From Octopus vulgaris (lineage: Eukaryota), in assembly GCA_951406725.2 (NCBI GenBank), contig OX597825.1:31682001-31746000 (forward strand): DNA of 64,000 bases, given 5' to 3'. Under the pieces are notes generated by a model. That model was not told the origin of the DNA. It did not search any database and saw only the letters and a program-made list of their open reading frames with translations. Positions within the stretch are counted from its first letter, which is position 1. Each line of letters starts with the position of its first letter. The translations under genes and the position numbers were made by a program. Of this stretch, positions 24,881 through 39,661 are shown in pieces.

Positions 24881-25808
24881 CTAGTGTGTGTGTGTGTGTG
24901 TACATACATACATATATGACAAGCTTCTTGTCAGCTTCTGTTGACCAGTTCCTTTGATGTGTAGACATTAGTCTCTTCAAAAGTATGGTACAATGCATTT
25001 TCCTGAAGTGTTATACCTCATTAGGATTGAACCTGAAACCATGTGGTTGTAAAAAAAAACTTCAAAAAAATGATCCACCAATCTCAACTTGTCCTTTATT
25101 TATTGACCCCTGTACAGATGAACATCAAAGTCAACACCAATATGATTCGAACTCAGAATGCAGGGATCCAGAATGAATGCAGCAAGCTATTCCTGCCAAC
25201 TCTCTAACAACCACTCTATCAATTTCCCTTGCCTTGAACACGAGGGAACTCTGGGTGTTGGATGGTTGACATTCACTGATATAATACCCGAAAGGCTGAC
25301 TGGTAGTGATCTGTGAAAGCAGCTGGCCATTAAAAGTATCAATGTGTAATTTTGAGATGCACAATGTTTGATGTGCATCATTAACTTGCATGAAAGGCAT
25401 GCTGGAAGTCAGCTGCAGAGGCAGTGAGGCATTGGTTGTTGTGTGTACAGAGAAAAGGCAACTGCACTGCTATCGGCATGTGATGCGAGTGAGATGCTAC
25501 ATTTATTTGAGAGGGAAAAGGGAAGGAGGAGGAGGAAAAGAAGAAAGGGTATTGGTGGAGTTAAGGGTGAAAAAAAAGCAGGGCTAGAGTGTAAAAAAAG
25601 GCAGACCAAGTAAGTATGTAAGAACTGGGAAAGGAGCGAGGAGACTAGCTCTGTGAGATATGATGGAAAATCTCGGGAAAAAATATTAATATGATTGAAA
25701 ATGTGCTGTGAGTCCGTGCCTGCAAAACTTGTTGCATTGCTGCACATAAGGAAGAAGCAGAAAAACAAAAACAAAAAAACTAAAAAAAAACAAATGGCAT
25801 TAAAATGA

Positions 25809-26153
<345 letters not shown>

Positions 26154-26525
26154 TAAAAAGAAGGCTAAAATGGGTGACCCAAATCATGGATGAATAGATT
26201 ATTTTTTTTTTGCAATATTTTAATATCAAATTCATTTCTGCATTTAGATTCTAATTTCAAAATATTAATTCATATTTGAAAACATTCTTAAAATTTAAAA
26301 AATAAATAGGACAGTTCCCCAAAATTAAAATGTAAAGCATACTCAACAACATCATCCTCATCTTCATCCTCCTCATCATCATATTATGTGTGTTTCTCTA
26401 TGGTTAAAATTATGATGATGTAATATAAATAGGATTGCGAATTACTAACATATGCACTAAAGTGGGTAACAGTTGAATTATGATACACACACACACATAA
26501 AGTGGACATTAAACGATGGTGGTGG

Positions 26526-26629
<104 letters not shown>

Positions 26630-26639
26630 GTGGTGATGG

Positions 26640-26694
<55 letters not shown>

Positions 26695-26810
26695 CATGAT
26701 GATGAAGATGATGAAGATGATGATGATGTATATGGTAGTGCATCTCTTCTTTGTTCCTGACTAAAAATAGATTTATCTTTCATTTCAGTTACCCTTTATG
26801 GACATTCGAA

Positions 26811-27485
26811 ATGGATAACAAAAAATTTCATATTCACGTTGTGCTGCTTTTCTTTTTTTGAAAAGGAGAAAATGCTCCAAGGATTGCAAAAACATTTGTG
26901 AAGTTTATGGTGATGATGCTGTTGGTGAACCAACTGTTTGAAGTTGGCTTGGAAAATTTAAAGCTGGAGAGTTTAGCTTGGAAGATGACAATTGCTTGGA
27001 ATCGAAATTGGATGAAGATGTTTTGAAGGCAAAAATCGAAGACAACTCAAATATCATGATTACAGAATTTGCATAGGAGTTGGAACTTTCTGAATGTATG
27101 ATGGTTCATGAACACTTAGTGAAGCTAGGATACATTTCTTGCTATAATGTACGGATCCCTCACAAACTCTCAGAAAAGAACTTCCATTTGTGATATGCTT
27201 TTGAAACAGGATGAAAACATGCCTTTTTTTTAAACATCTTGTGACTGGAAATGAAAAATGGATTGTGCACAAAAACATAGCAGGGAAACGATCTTGGAGT
27301 TTGCATAACAATCCCCCAAAACAGCAACCAAAGATGAATATTCATGCCAAAAATGCTATGCTTTGCATTTAGTGGAATCATAAAGACATTATTTATTATG
27401 AGTTTCTTCCACAAAACCAGACTATTAATTCTGATGTCTACTGTCATCAGCTGGCTAACTTGAAACAAAAAATCAAACGTAAGCA
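26811..27485 (+). pseudogene. mariner transposase pseudogene (N-terminal ~220 codons)
   Basis: ICEVYGDDAVGEPTV*SWLGKFKAGEFSLED, RIPHKLS (WVPHEL), LVTGNEKWI (TGDEKW), IIYYEFLPQNQTINSDVYCHQL; stops and frameshifts. Confidence 0.9.
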
Positions 27486-27953
27486 CTGACAGAAACACAC
27501 ATTTAGCCTATATAAGTGATTTATACCAGTCTGTATAGTTTGAACATTTAGTTCACCTCGCTCTTTACTTCCTTGGAAAAATCTACTTCCAAGCCTTTGA
27601 ACATTTTTTTCAACCAACATATCCCTCTATATTTCTCCTTTATTTGTTCTCTACTTATTTCTTTACCCCTTCTCTTTCTATGGTCTACCTTTGATGTCAG
27701 ATCTACTAATGGTTATTTTAAAATACTTAATAGCTTTCTGTTTATCATTTATGCAGTCATCAAAATTGTTATAATGTCTTGTTGTTGAGATGAGTTCTCT
27801 TTCTTTCCTGATGAGAAAATTTAGTTAAAATTTAGTTTACGGAATTTCTTCTATAAGAAGGAGCATGTTTTTATTTCTTTAAGAAATATTTTTTAATTCT
27901 GTTTGATTATTTATTAAAAATATGTATTTATTTAACTATTATTGTTATTATTG

Positions 27954-28062
27954 TTGACCTGAGGAGTGACTATATTTTAAATTGAATTATTCTTGGATTG
28001 ATTAAATTTAAATTTAATTGTAATTTGAATTGAAGATATAGACACAAAACATACGTAGTCTA
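27954..28062 (+). ncRNA. Decayed hammerhead motif with long AT-rich stem II
   Basis: GAC-CTGAGGA-GTGACTATA..TATAGACAC-AAAA-CATACG-TA-GTC; GAAA to AAAA and CGTACG to CATACG are CpG-type changes. Confidence 0.5.
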
Positions 28063-28206
28063 TTTACTAATTATATACTGTTTATTTATCATTGTGTACT
28101 TTATTGTGATCTAGATAAATGTTTTATCATATATTTTATTTTTTCTATATGGTATGATTTACATCTATCATTGTTTGAATTACATAATAGTGGTTTTTCT
28201 CTAATT

Positions 28207-28239
<33 letters not shown>

Positions 28240-28882
28240 ATGTATATGTATATGAAAATATTATAAGGGATGATGATAATGATGTTTATGTTTATGATGA
28301 TGATGAGGAGGATGAGGATGCTGGTTATGAAAAGATGAAGACAATATGATGATGAAGATTGTGATGGTGGTGAAAATGATGTTGACATCAATTATGATGC
28401 CAACTGATAATGGTAACCATTGGTCTGTTATATTTTCCAAGGGTCCTTAAGCAACCTGGTTTTAATTACAGGGCACATACAATTCCATGTGTTCTATTAT
28501 TATAGGAAACATGCAGGGTGGTGGAGAGTGTGGGATTGTGGTTGGGGCAGGGAGTTGAATGAAGGAGAGGGAAGTTTCATCCCACCCTGTCATAGAAACT
28601 GACGGATGAAAGTAACATCTTATCAACCATAACAAGCCTGTTGTTTTTAGAGTTGCATTTCATCAGAGAACTGTTTAGAAGAAATAAAATTCTCATGAGA
28701 ATTACAAAAATTTTTTCTGTGAAATAACAAATTTAAGGCAGAGCTATTGGCAGAGTTTGTACAGTAACAAGGAGATTATATGGCAGTATATGTCACAGAT
28801 CTCTGTATTCTGAGTTCAAATCCTTCTGAAGTCAGCTTTTGCCTTTCATTCTTACAATGTTTGGTAATTAAAATATTGGTTT

Positions 28883-28964
28883 ATAGCAGTGGAATAGCAG
28901 TGGAATGGCAGTGGAATGGTAGTGGAATGGCAGTGGAATGGCAGCGGAATGGCAGTGGAATAGC
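28883..28964. repeat. 11-bp minisatellite (GCAGTGGAATG) x7
   Basis: Direct reading. Confidence 0.9.
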
Positions 28965-29931
28965 TTCAGTTGAAATACTTGATGCTATCGGTTCTATCTT
29001 TTGACTTTTCGATGTCTAATTCTCCAAATTTCTTGATGGAATCTCATCAATAGTAATGTTGTTGTGAAGAGATGTCTAACAAAGGGCAACCACAAAGTGT
29101 GTGTGCATATGTGTGTGTGTGTGTGTGTGCATATGCGTGCGTGTGCATGTGCGTATGAAGCTACCCTACTCCACCCCTCTAGTACCACCCCATTACATGC
29201 TTCCTGTAATATGGAATATATGGAATTCTATAAGAAAACATGTAATTAAAAGCCAAGTTGCTGCAGAGAATCTTGGAAAACAAGTCAGAACGATCGTTAA
29301 CATCCTCATCATCATTGTTATCATTTTTGTTATCATCTTTATTGCTGTTATCATCATCATTATCATTATCATTATGACCATCATCATCATTGTCATCAGT
29401 GAGTGGCAGCAGCAGCAGCATTATCATCATTGTCACGAATTGTTTTTTCTTCACCATCATCATCATCTGTCATCATCCATCATCAGCAAGGTTAGTAGTG
29501 TTATCATCATCACTTTCAACATTTTAAACAGCAGTAATGCCTCCTCCCCTTCCTCCTCCACCTCATCCTCCTCCTCCTCCACCTCATCCTCATCCTCCTC
29601 CACCTCATCCTCATCCTCCTCCACCTCCTCCTCTCCTCCTCCTTCCTCATCCTCCTCCACCTACTCTCCTTCTCCTCCACCTCCTCCTCTCCTCCTTCTT
29701 CATCCTCCTCCACCTACTCACCTCCTCCTCCTACTCCACCTCATCTTCCACCTCCTTTCCTCATCCTACTCCACCCCTCCTCCTCCACCTCCTCTCCTCC
29801 TCCTTCCTCACCCTCCTCATCATCCTCATCCTCATCCTCATCCTCCTCACCACCACCACCACCATGCATATATACTTACATACAGACACTTATGCATACA
29901 TATGTATTTTATATATGTGTGTGTATATATA

Positions 29932-29971
<40 letters not shown>

Positions 29972-30003
29972 TGATGATGGTGATGATAATAATAATAATA
30001 ATA

Positions 30004-30044
<41 letters not shown>

Positions 30045-30423
30045 AATAATAATGATAATGCCCCAATGCTCTGATGCAGTACCAGACAGTGTGCTCTCAT
30101 GGCTTCTGATCTTAACCGATTGGAAGTGTTATCATGTACATTGTTTTGTCTTGGTATAAAAGATGGTCTACAGCAAATATTCTGCTCAATACCACAGATT
30201 TGCCTGTCAGTTGTTTGACCATAACCAGTTGAGCATGTCCCTTGGTGGCTGACGATATGTGCATCTCTGATCATGAGCAGAAGTAGTGGGGAAGCATCAT
30301 AGCCCATGTGTTGAAAGGAATTCTTAGAGGTTTGGATAATTCACCTTTGGAAACATGGATGGTTTGTTCAATATCCTTAAACAATCCTTATTCAGGGACC
30401 TTTTGAGCGGAATGGGCTACTTG

Positions 30424-30726
30424 AATCCTTTCCCTTGTCATAAGGGAAAGAGATGGATAGAATGAACCAATCTAACTTAAAATCCTTATTGTTGTCTTTA
30501 AGATACCAAACCAAGTTACTAAGCCCTGTGCTATTGCGTTTACTGCTATCCCTAAATGAAGAATAATGATTGGAAATTCTCTTAAATAACTGGGAAGAGG
30601 AAGTGCCAATATAGAAATAGACATCAGTACCTGAAGAAATTCTACATTGGTATATAGAATTCTTGATCTTAGAATTATTAGACATAAATATAATTCTGTT
30701 GGGGTTGTTCTCAGAGACCAAAACTG

Positions 30727-30760
<34 letters not shown>

Positions 30761-30950
30761 ACTATGGGAAGGGCTGGTATTAACATAATTAATGTTGGAA
30801 CTCTCAGTAAATGAACTTTTATTTAGCAGACTGGAGTTATGAGAAGATATAATTTGTGAAAGATTCTTTGTGTTGGAGAAGGCAACTCTAACTATATGAG
30901 AATTAATAATTGAATAATATCTAGAATTTTTGGAAAGTTCTTACTAATGT
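30424..30950 (-). pseudogene. Penelope-like element linker plus GIY-YIG endonuclease fragment
   Basis: ORF 30392-30721: NSIYQCRI..FYIGTS..LFKRISNHYSSF..NSTGLSNLVWYLK..LDWFIL..PY; upstream KNFPKNSRYYSIINSHIVRVAFSNTKNLSQIISSHNSSLL matches the PLE RT-EN linker. Confidence 0.8.
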
Positions 30951-30955
30951 ATATA

Positions 30956-30986
30956 TACTTCTTGTTAGACTTCAAACTTTTTCAAT

Positions 30987-31063
<77 letters not shown>

Positions 31064-31095
31064 AATTGAAAAAGTTTGGAGTCTAACAAGAAGTA
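30956..31095. repeat. Near-perfect 140-bp palindrome: 33-bp arms around (TA)n
   Basis: TACTTCTTGTTAGACTTCAAACTTTTTCAATTA / TAATTGAAAAAGTTTGGAGTCTAACAAGAAGTA, 1 mismatch. Confidence 0.92.
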
Positions 31096-31395
31096 GTACA
31101 GTTGGACATTTATTTTCAATCACTACAATTGTATCCACACAATGTGGTTCTCCAGGCATGCAGGTACTTGATTATGCAACCATTTCCCTGCATTATGAGA
31201 TCTAGTTGTGCCTCCTCAGGTGATATGTAAATATTTTCTCTGGAGAAAACACAACTAGATCTCATAATGTAGGGAAACAGTTGCATAATTAAGTACCTGC
31301 ATGACTGGAGAAATACCTTGCACAGAAATAATTGTAGTGATTAAAAATAAATGTCCAATTGTACTCCTCCTTGCTCCTTCAATTTTTTTCAATTA
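31063..31395. mobile_element. Fold-back insert with hammerhead motif at 31119-31224 (-)
   Basis: Arms share CATTATGAGATCTAGTTGTG/CACAACTAGATCTCATAATG; minus: ATCAC-CTGAGGA-GGCACAA..TTGTGTG-GATA-CAATTG-TA-GTGAT; right arm retains GAAA-TAATTG-TA-GTGAT. Confidence 0.75.
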
Positions 31396-32082
31396 TATAT
31401 TCACACATGACAGATGGCCAAATGCAAACCTGGAAGAACGTATAATACTTCTACTCGATAGCACAGAGTAAATCTGAAGGTGAACAATCTTTATACTGTA
31501 CTCTACTACAGCCTTAACAGAATATACCATAACTGTGTGTGTGTGTATGTGTGTGTGTGTGTGTGCCTGTGTGTGTGTGTCTGTGTGTGTGTGTAACATA
31601 TATATACATAAAAGCCTAAAAAAATTTACATACATACTTGCATACAACATGTATAGGTAATCATGCACACATACACACACACATACACATATATATGCAT
31701 GTATGTTTATATATATGTATGTATGCATGCATGTATGTATGCATGCATGTATGTATATATGTATGTATGTATGTATATATGTATGTATGTATGTATATAT
31801 GCACACACGCATAAATGTGTAGATGAATATGCAAATATACAGCCAATGGCTTTCTATTCACAACAGAACAATGGAAAAGTTTTTCTATGTGTTGAAAGAA
31901 CAGACCGAAGTTCTGCAGGGAAGTTGTAAATATTTAAACAAGCAAATGGGTTCCTTTCATTTGAAGAAAGCTTTCCAGAGAAATTTATATTTCCATTGCT
32001 ATTAGATGTTTGATTACAACTATCAGAATATTAGCCATTCTGCTGCTTACTGCTAGTTTATTTGTAGAAATATATTATACAT

Positions 32083-32137
<55 letters not shown>

Positions 32138-32209
32138 GTATATGTATGTGTGTATGTATTTATGTATGTATATGTGTGTGTGTATCCTTATATATATGTA
32201 TATATATAT

Positions 32210-32255
<46 letters not shown>

Positions 32256-32994
32256 ATAGATAGATATCAAGATTGCATCGAGAGATATTACCTTCACACA
32301 TGTTAGCAAGCCTTGAGTTAGTCAATGTAAAAACCACTGAATAAATAAAACCATATAACTCTTTGTTTTTGTTTTGGGTTTTTTTTCTTCATTCATTGTA
32401 TTTTGTTTTTTTTTTTCGTTCTTTTTGCATACCCAGAAATTAATACCAACTTCAACTGTTGTTTATGTAAGGATGTAAACAGAAGAAAAATGGATTGTTA
32501 TATAAATAATTAAAGATACCATATCAATCCCATAATATTCTCCTGCAACATAAATTTTCTTCTGTTTAGAATAGCTTATGTCAGTAATGGAGATTGAATC
32601 AGACATAGCTTTAGGTTTCTTTTGGAAAGAATTAGTTTCCAATTTACAGCTACTTCTTTGCCTCAATAATGTATTGTCTCTTCTGTAATGCAGCATCAGT
32701 TGACTTCTGAACTAAATATTTTCTAAAACTCTATCCTGTTGGCTTTTTTCTGGTTTTCAATGTTTCAGAGTTCTCACCCTGTTGGGGACAGTAAAGTAAA
32801 GTCTCACCCAGGCACAGAGTTGATTTCATTATCTGTTGTCTTCCCATACTTACAGCCTTGTAAGCCATCGTCATCGTCATCATTATCATCAGCGTCAACG
32901 TCATTGTTATCATCATTATCATCATCGTCATCGTTGTCATCATTTAAAGTTCACTATGTTGTTAGAAATACTCTAAGTAGCAGCAGTGGCAGCG

Positions 32995-33222
32995 ATGCTG
33001 AGCTGGCAGAAACGTTAGCACGCTGGGCGAAATGCTTAGCAGTATTTCGTCTGCCGCTACGTTCTGAGTTCAAATTCTGCCAAGGTCGACTTTACCTTTC
33101 ATCCTTTCAGGGTCGATTAAATAAGTACCAGTTACTGGGGTCGATATAATCGACTTAATCCGTTTGTCTGTCCTTGTTTGTCCTCTCTGTGTTTAGCCCC
33201 TTGTGGGTAGTAAAGAAATAGG
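32995..33222 (+). mobile_element. SINE family B
   Basis: Matches 1630-1860. Confidence 0.88.
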
Positions 33223-33524
33223 TATTGTTGGTTGCAGTAGCTGCAGTGGTAGTAGTAGATTCACTAGTAGCCTTATAACCCTGCCAGAAATATTTCCTTC
33301 AAAGCTGTCATATACTAAAATACTAAAATATAAGTTTTATCTGCGAGAGAGGCAGATTAATACTAAGAGGTGGTGGCAAATACTAAATACTCTTCTTCCT
33401 TGCTTCTGAAATAATCCCATTAATAGTTGCATAGAATCTGAAACCCATCTGACATTTTACTCTCTCACTCTCTCTCTTTCTCTCAGTATGTATATGCATA
33501 GGCATGTATGTATATATGTATAGG

Positions 33525-33684
33525 CATAGGAGTGGCTGCATGGTAAGTAGCTTGCTTACCAACCACATGGTTCCGGGTTCAGTCCCACTGCATGGCACCT
33601 TGGGCAAGTGTCTTCTACTATAGCTTTGGGCCAACCAAAGCCTTGTGAGTAGATTTGGTAGACAGAAACTGAAAGAAGCTCGTC

Positions 33685-33725
<41 letters not shown>

Positions 33726-33822
33726 TAGATAGATGTGTGTTAGTGTTTGTGTGTGTGTGTTTATGTTTGTGTGTCTGTGTTTGTCCCCCAACATCGCTTG
33801 ACAACCGATGCTGGTGTGTTTA
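33525..33822 (+). mobile_element. SINE family A, 3'-truncated
   Basis: Family A head and body. Confidence 0.85.
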
Positions 33823-34169
33823 CATCATGTATGTATGTATGTATGTATGTATGCATGTATGTATGCATGTATGTATGTATGTATGTACGTATGTATGTAT
33901 GTATGTATGTATGTATGTATGTATGAACACTTTTTCTTTGTGGGTCTTTTCATCTTTCTTTTTCTCTTTTGTTGATATGTCTGTCTTCAACTCCCTTCTC
34001 TCTTCCTCTCTCACTCACTCTTTTTCTTTCTTTCTCTCTCTCTCTCTTTCTTTCGCTTCTTTTATCTCTGTTTCCTTCTATTTCTCTCTTTCATTTTTCC
34101 TCCCTTCACCTCTCCCTCACTATTTTATTAATCCTTCTTTTGTATTTCTGTCTCTCCTCCAACACTTAT

Positions 34170-34251
<82 letters not shown>

Positions 34252-34379
34252 CATCCACCTATCTATCAATCTATCTATCTAAAAACCAACCTACCTATCT
34301 CCATCTAATTCAGCCTCTCTCTGTCTCTCTGTCTCTTTCTCTCTCTCTGTCTCTGTCTACCTCTCTCTCTCTTTCTCTT

Positions 34380-34413
<34 letters not shown>

Positions 34414-34899
34414 TGTCTCTCTCTGTCTCTCTCTGTCTCTGTCTCTCTCTCTCTCGCTCGCTCTCTCTCTCTCTCTCGCTCTCTCTCAATCAATCAGTCA
34501 ATCAGTCTTTATGTAACATAATATCTGTTTCTCTACCTAACTCTCCCCACAACACCTATGAGCTGCAGTTTCGTCCATCACTCCTCCTTAGCCAATTTTA
34601 ATCACCAATTTCCTCTCACATGGATTAAAGAATCTGCAGAAAATGTCACCATAATACTGATGTGATTTAAGCCGCAAATATTCACTGAGATATCAAAAAC
34701 ACATGTTTCCCAAATATTTCAACAGTTTTACATATTTTTCTCAAACAAATAATAATAATTACTAACATTGGTAAGAAGCTACAAATATTTCCCAAGGAGG
34801 GTAATAGTCAATGAAATTAACACCAGTATATGACTGGTACTTTCTTTCATTGGATCCTGAAGTGTTAAAGGTTAAGCTGACCTCAGAAAATGAATAAAT

Positions 34900-35386
34900 A
34901 ATAGTTTCAAATTTTGCCACAGGGGTAGCAATTTTGGGAGAAAGGATGAGTTGATTACATCAAACCCAGTGTGTAATTGGTAATTAATCTATTGACCCTG
35001 AAAGGTTGAAAAGCAAAGTCAACCTCAGCCGAATTTGAACTCAGAACGTAGTGATGGGTGAAATACTGCTAAGCATTTCGCCCAACATGCTAACAATCCT
35101 GCCAGCTCACCGACTTAATAATAAGAATCCTTTCTACTCTGTGCACAAGGCCTTGAATTTTTAGGAGATGGTGTAAGTCGATTACATTGACCCCCAGTAC
35201 TCAACTGGTACTTAATTTATCAACCCTGAAAGGATGAAAGGCAAAGTTGACCTCGGTGGAATTTGAACTCAGAACATGCAGATAGATGAAATAACACTAA
35301 GCATTTTGCTCAGTGTGCTAATGATTCTGCCAGCCCACTGCCTTGAAATAATGATAACAATAATAATATTAATAATAATGATGATG

Positions 35387-35445
<59 letters not shown>

Positions 35446-35550
35446 TTTGGCACAAGGCCAGCAATTTTGAGGGAGGGGGCTAGTCATTACATCAACCCCA
35501 GTACTCAACTGGGGCTTATTTCATCAACTCCGAGAAAATGCAAACAAAGT
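34900..35550 (-). mobile_element. Three tandem SINE family B copies (third partial)
   Basis: GAAAGG.TGAAA.GCAAAGT..ACCTC..GAATTTGAACTCAGAAC repeated. Confidence 0.8.
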
Positions 35551-36096
35551 GATGGTGATAATAATGAAGAATACACGACTTATAAAGATCATGATTTCCT
35601 CTGATCAAAACATTAACCAAATGGAAGCAGAGAAAAATGCCTGAATATATAAGTCAGGAGATAAAAGTAAACAGGATGCGAGAAATGAAAGTAAAAGGAT
35701 CACCAATAATAATTGGTGCCAACAGTGATAACATGGCAAAAATATGTGAACAAAAACATACAAAGGATACCATTTTATAGGATTACTGGGTAGGTGCTTT
35801 TTACAGGATATTGGCAAGTGCACACACACACACACGTGTGTGTGTGTGTGTGTGTGTGTCTTTATGTTTGTGTTTGTCACCGCACTGCTTGACAACCAGT
35901 GTTGGTTTAATTATGACCTCATAAATTGAGGTTTGGCAAGAGAAACCAATGCAATATGTACCAGACTTAAAACTATACCCACAGCTTATTTTGTTTAACT
36001 CTACAAGGCCATGCTCCAGCACAACCACACAGCTATGACTAAGCTTATGACTAAGTAAAAGAATAAAAGAATATAAATATGTGTGTTTGTATATAC

Positions 36097-36432
<336 letters not shown>

Positions 36433-36543
36433 GAGAGAGAGAGAGAGAGAGATACACACATACACACATATATATATATTATTGTCACCCTGCCTTCTAT
36501 GCATGCGCACTTACAGTCGGTAGTACTGTTGTCACGTGATCAT

Positions 36544-36992
36544 AGTTTGAGCCTGATCACGCAATTTTTCTTTCTGGCTTTACGGTGTAAGCATGGCTAC
36601 TCCACTAGCAATGTGCACTAAAGAAGAACAAAGAGCAGTGATCCGATTTCTCTGGTCGGAAGGTGTGTCAGGTGCTGAAATTCATCAGAGGCTTTTAACG
36701 CAATACAGGGACAGTGCACTAATGCATAGAAGTATGTATGAGTGAATCAAGAAGTTTGAAAGTGGCTGGATAAGCATGACATGCTAAGAAGGAGCAGGAC
36801 GCCCATCAACCTCCAATCCCCACCACTGACAAGAAGATTCAACAAGCTTGAGAGATGGTAATGGTGAACCATTTTACCATTATCATCTCTCAGATCACTG
36901 CTCTTTTTACTTCTTTGGTGCACATTGCTAGTGGAACGACCATGCTTACACTGTAAAGCCAGAAAGAAAAATGGCATGACCAGGCTCAAACT
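36544..36992 (+). pseudogene. mariner 5' fragment (ATG 36593) followed by an inverted copy of its first ~100 bp
   Basis: MATPLAMCTKEEQRAVIRFLWSEGVSGAEIHQRL..GAGRPST; 36892-36992 is the reverse complement of 36544-36648. Confidence 0.8.
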
Positions 36993-37300
36993 CCCATTTA
37001 AGGACCACAAATAGTACTGACTATAAACATACATGCACAAAAGGCAATGTGACAAAAATAAGTATTCATTATGGCAAAAGTGCAGACAATTTTTGACTTC
37101 CCTCAAATATATATACATATTTCACATAAATACACGCACACATCAAGACCACCAGCCCTCTTTCACACGCATATACATACTCTCTTATACACACATGCAC
37201 CAAGGTTTTGGTCAGCCAAAGGCTATGGTAGAAGACACTTGCCCAAAGTGCCATGCAGTGGGACTGAACCTAGAACCATGTGGTTGGGAAGCAAGCTTCT

Positions 37301-37339
<39 letters not shown>

Positions 37340-38620
37340 CATTTATATGTATAAACATAAGTATATACATATATATTTATATCTTTTATTTTTCACTTGC
37401 TCCAGTCATCAGATTGTGGCCGTGCTGGGGCAGCACCTTAAAGAATTTTTAGTCAAATGTACCAACCCCAATATTTATTTCTTTTTAAAGCCTGCTACTT
37501 ATTCTATCAGTTTCTTTTGGCAAACCACTAAGTTACAGGGACATAAACACACCACCACTGGTTGTCAAGAGGTGGTAGGGGACAAACACATACACAAAAG
37601 CATACATTTTCAGATCTATATTCATTATTCTTTAACAAGAATTATGTTGACAGTGACTTCGAAGCTTTGGCCAGCTAAACCATCTTTGTGCATATATACA
37701 TCTTCAGATGTATACACACACAAATATTTACATGTTTGTGTATGTATATATGTGTGTGTGTTTGTGCACGTGTGTGTGTGTTTGAATGTGTGTGTGTGTG
37801 TGTACGTACATGTGTGCTTGCATGCACAAATGTGGCAATTATGTAAAATACATGTTATATACATATCTCAAAAATTCAAAACAAAATAACAGAATAAAAC
37901 CACAAAGAAAATATCAAAAGCAACCAAAATGAAATAAACTTATACCACCTCTGCACACCTCATCCGTAACCTACCCACCAAATTATTCCAGCCGTGCATT
38001 TTACCATTCCATTTCTATCCTTTACATAATTTCGGCAAGTTTCTCATTACTCTTGACCCCAACCCTACACCAAACCACAAAAAAAAAAAATTTAAATAAA
38101 AAATCAAACTAGCTCTACATCACTTTTAATCACCCCCACTGCACCACCACCACCACCAAAACAAAAAAGAGTTCATAAAAATTTTTTTACCAAAACATAT
38201 AAGCGAAACTCGATTGAGATGCAGAAAAATGAAGACCTATTAATTCAGAAACCTAACCTTGACTGCAAACGGCTGAAAGGGATAATTTCTGGTTTTTCTT
38301 TGATAAAAAGAAATTAAAGATCCACTCAATGAGCTCCAATTTGCTCCCGTTTTTGATTCTTTTATTTTATTTTATTTCATTTTATTTATTTATGTGTTTG
38401 ATTTTTTTTTTCTGGTATGTAATCATCAAATGCCAAACTAATTGAACACACAACGTGGAACAATGTACTATATTGATTCACGGGAAACATATATGCATAC
38501 ACACACACATACATACACATGTTTATATGTATGTATGTGTATGCATGTGCATGTATGCATGTGCATGAATGTATGTGTATATATATATATGTGTGTTTAT
38601 GTATATAAATATGTTATGTG

Positions 38621-38655
<35 letters not shown>

Positions 38656-38859
38656 GAGTATATATGCATACATATATGTACACACACATACATATGTATA
38701 TATTATATACATATTTCAATTACATGGATGCATGTAAATTTTTCTACACAAATTGTCATATGAGTGTGTATAAGATTACATACACGTGTATATACATCCA
38801 CCAATCCATACGCATATGCATACATAAACACATATGTATGCATCTATGTTATTGTTGAT

Positions 38860-39435
38860 TCTTTATTCTTTTATTCTTGTATTTGTCTCAGTCATTTGAC
38901 TATGGCCATGCTGGAGCACAGACGAAGAAATCAACCCCAGGACTTATTTTTTGTAAGCCTGGTACTTATTCTATCAGTCGCTTTTGCCAAACCACTAAGT
39001 TACAGGGATGTAAATACACCAACATTGGTTGTCAAGTGATGGTGGGTGGGTATGGGGGTGACAAGCACAGACACAAACACACACACATATATATAAATCC
39101 AAAAAAGAACAAACACAAAAAACAACAACGCGAGGATGTGGCAGATGCTCAGGAAAGATGGTTTAATGTTTCAAGCAGACGCTCTTCATCGGAAACAGAG
39201 AAAAGTCCAAAAGAAGGGAAGATGGAGGAGGAAAATAGCCAACGTCTCACAAGTGGTTTTATTTTGTATATATATTTATACGACAGGCTTCTTTCAGTTT
39301 CTGTCTACCAAATCCACTCACAAGGCTTTGGTCGACCTGAGGCTATAGTAGAAAATACTTGCCCAAGGTGCCACGCAATGGAACTGAACCCAGAATCATG
39401 AGTTTAGGAAGCAAGCATCTTACCACACAGCCACA
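38860..39435 (-). mobile_element. SINE family A with nested hammerhead element (39095-39260; motif 39161-39196)
   Basis: SINE tail left, head right; insert homologous to 36233-36432; core CCGATGA. Confidence 0.8.
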
Positions 39436-39661
39436 CCTTCAGTTATATATAAAACTGATTAAAGAAATGATTATGAGCAATGCAGTACATTATCTGTATG
39501 CGTTTAATGATTAAAAGTGGCTTTGAAGTTTTGCACAATCACTGTTTGAAATGACAGACTGGGTGCAAAAGAAGACTACAAAATCACTGCCACCTTTTAA
39601 AATACATATATTTACATGAATGTGTGTATGTTTGTGTGTGTGTGTATACATATTACGTATT

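Noticed and set aside
30060-30420. Possible LINE 3' UTR next to the PLE relic
   Set aside because: Single copy in this window and no diagnostic motif; class cannot be supported from the sequence
37071-37889. 272-aa ORF
   Set aside because: Runs through SINE A fragments and (CA)/(TG) repeats
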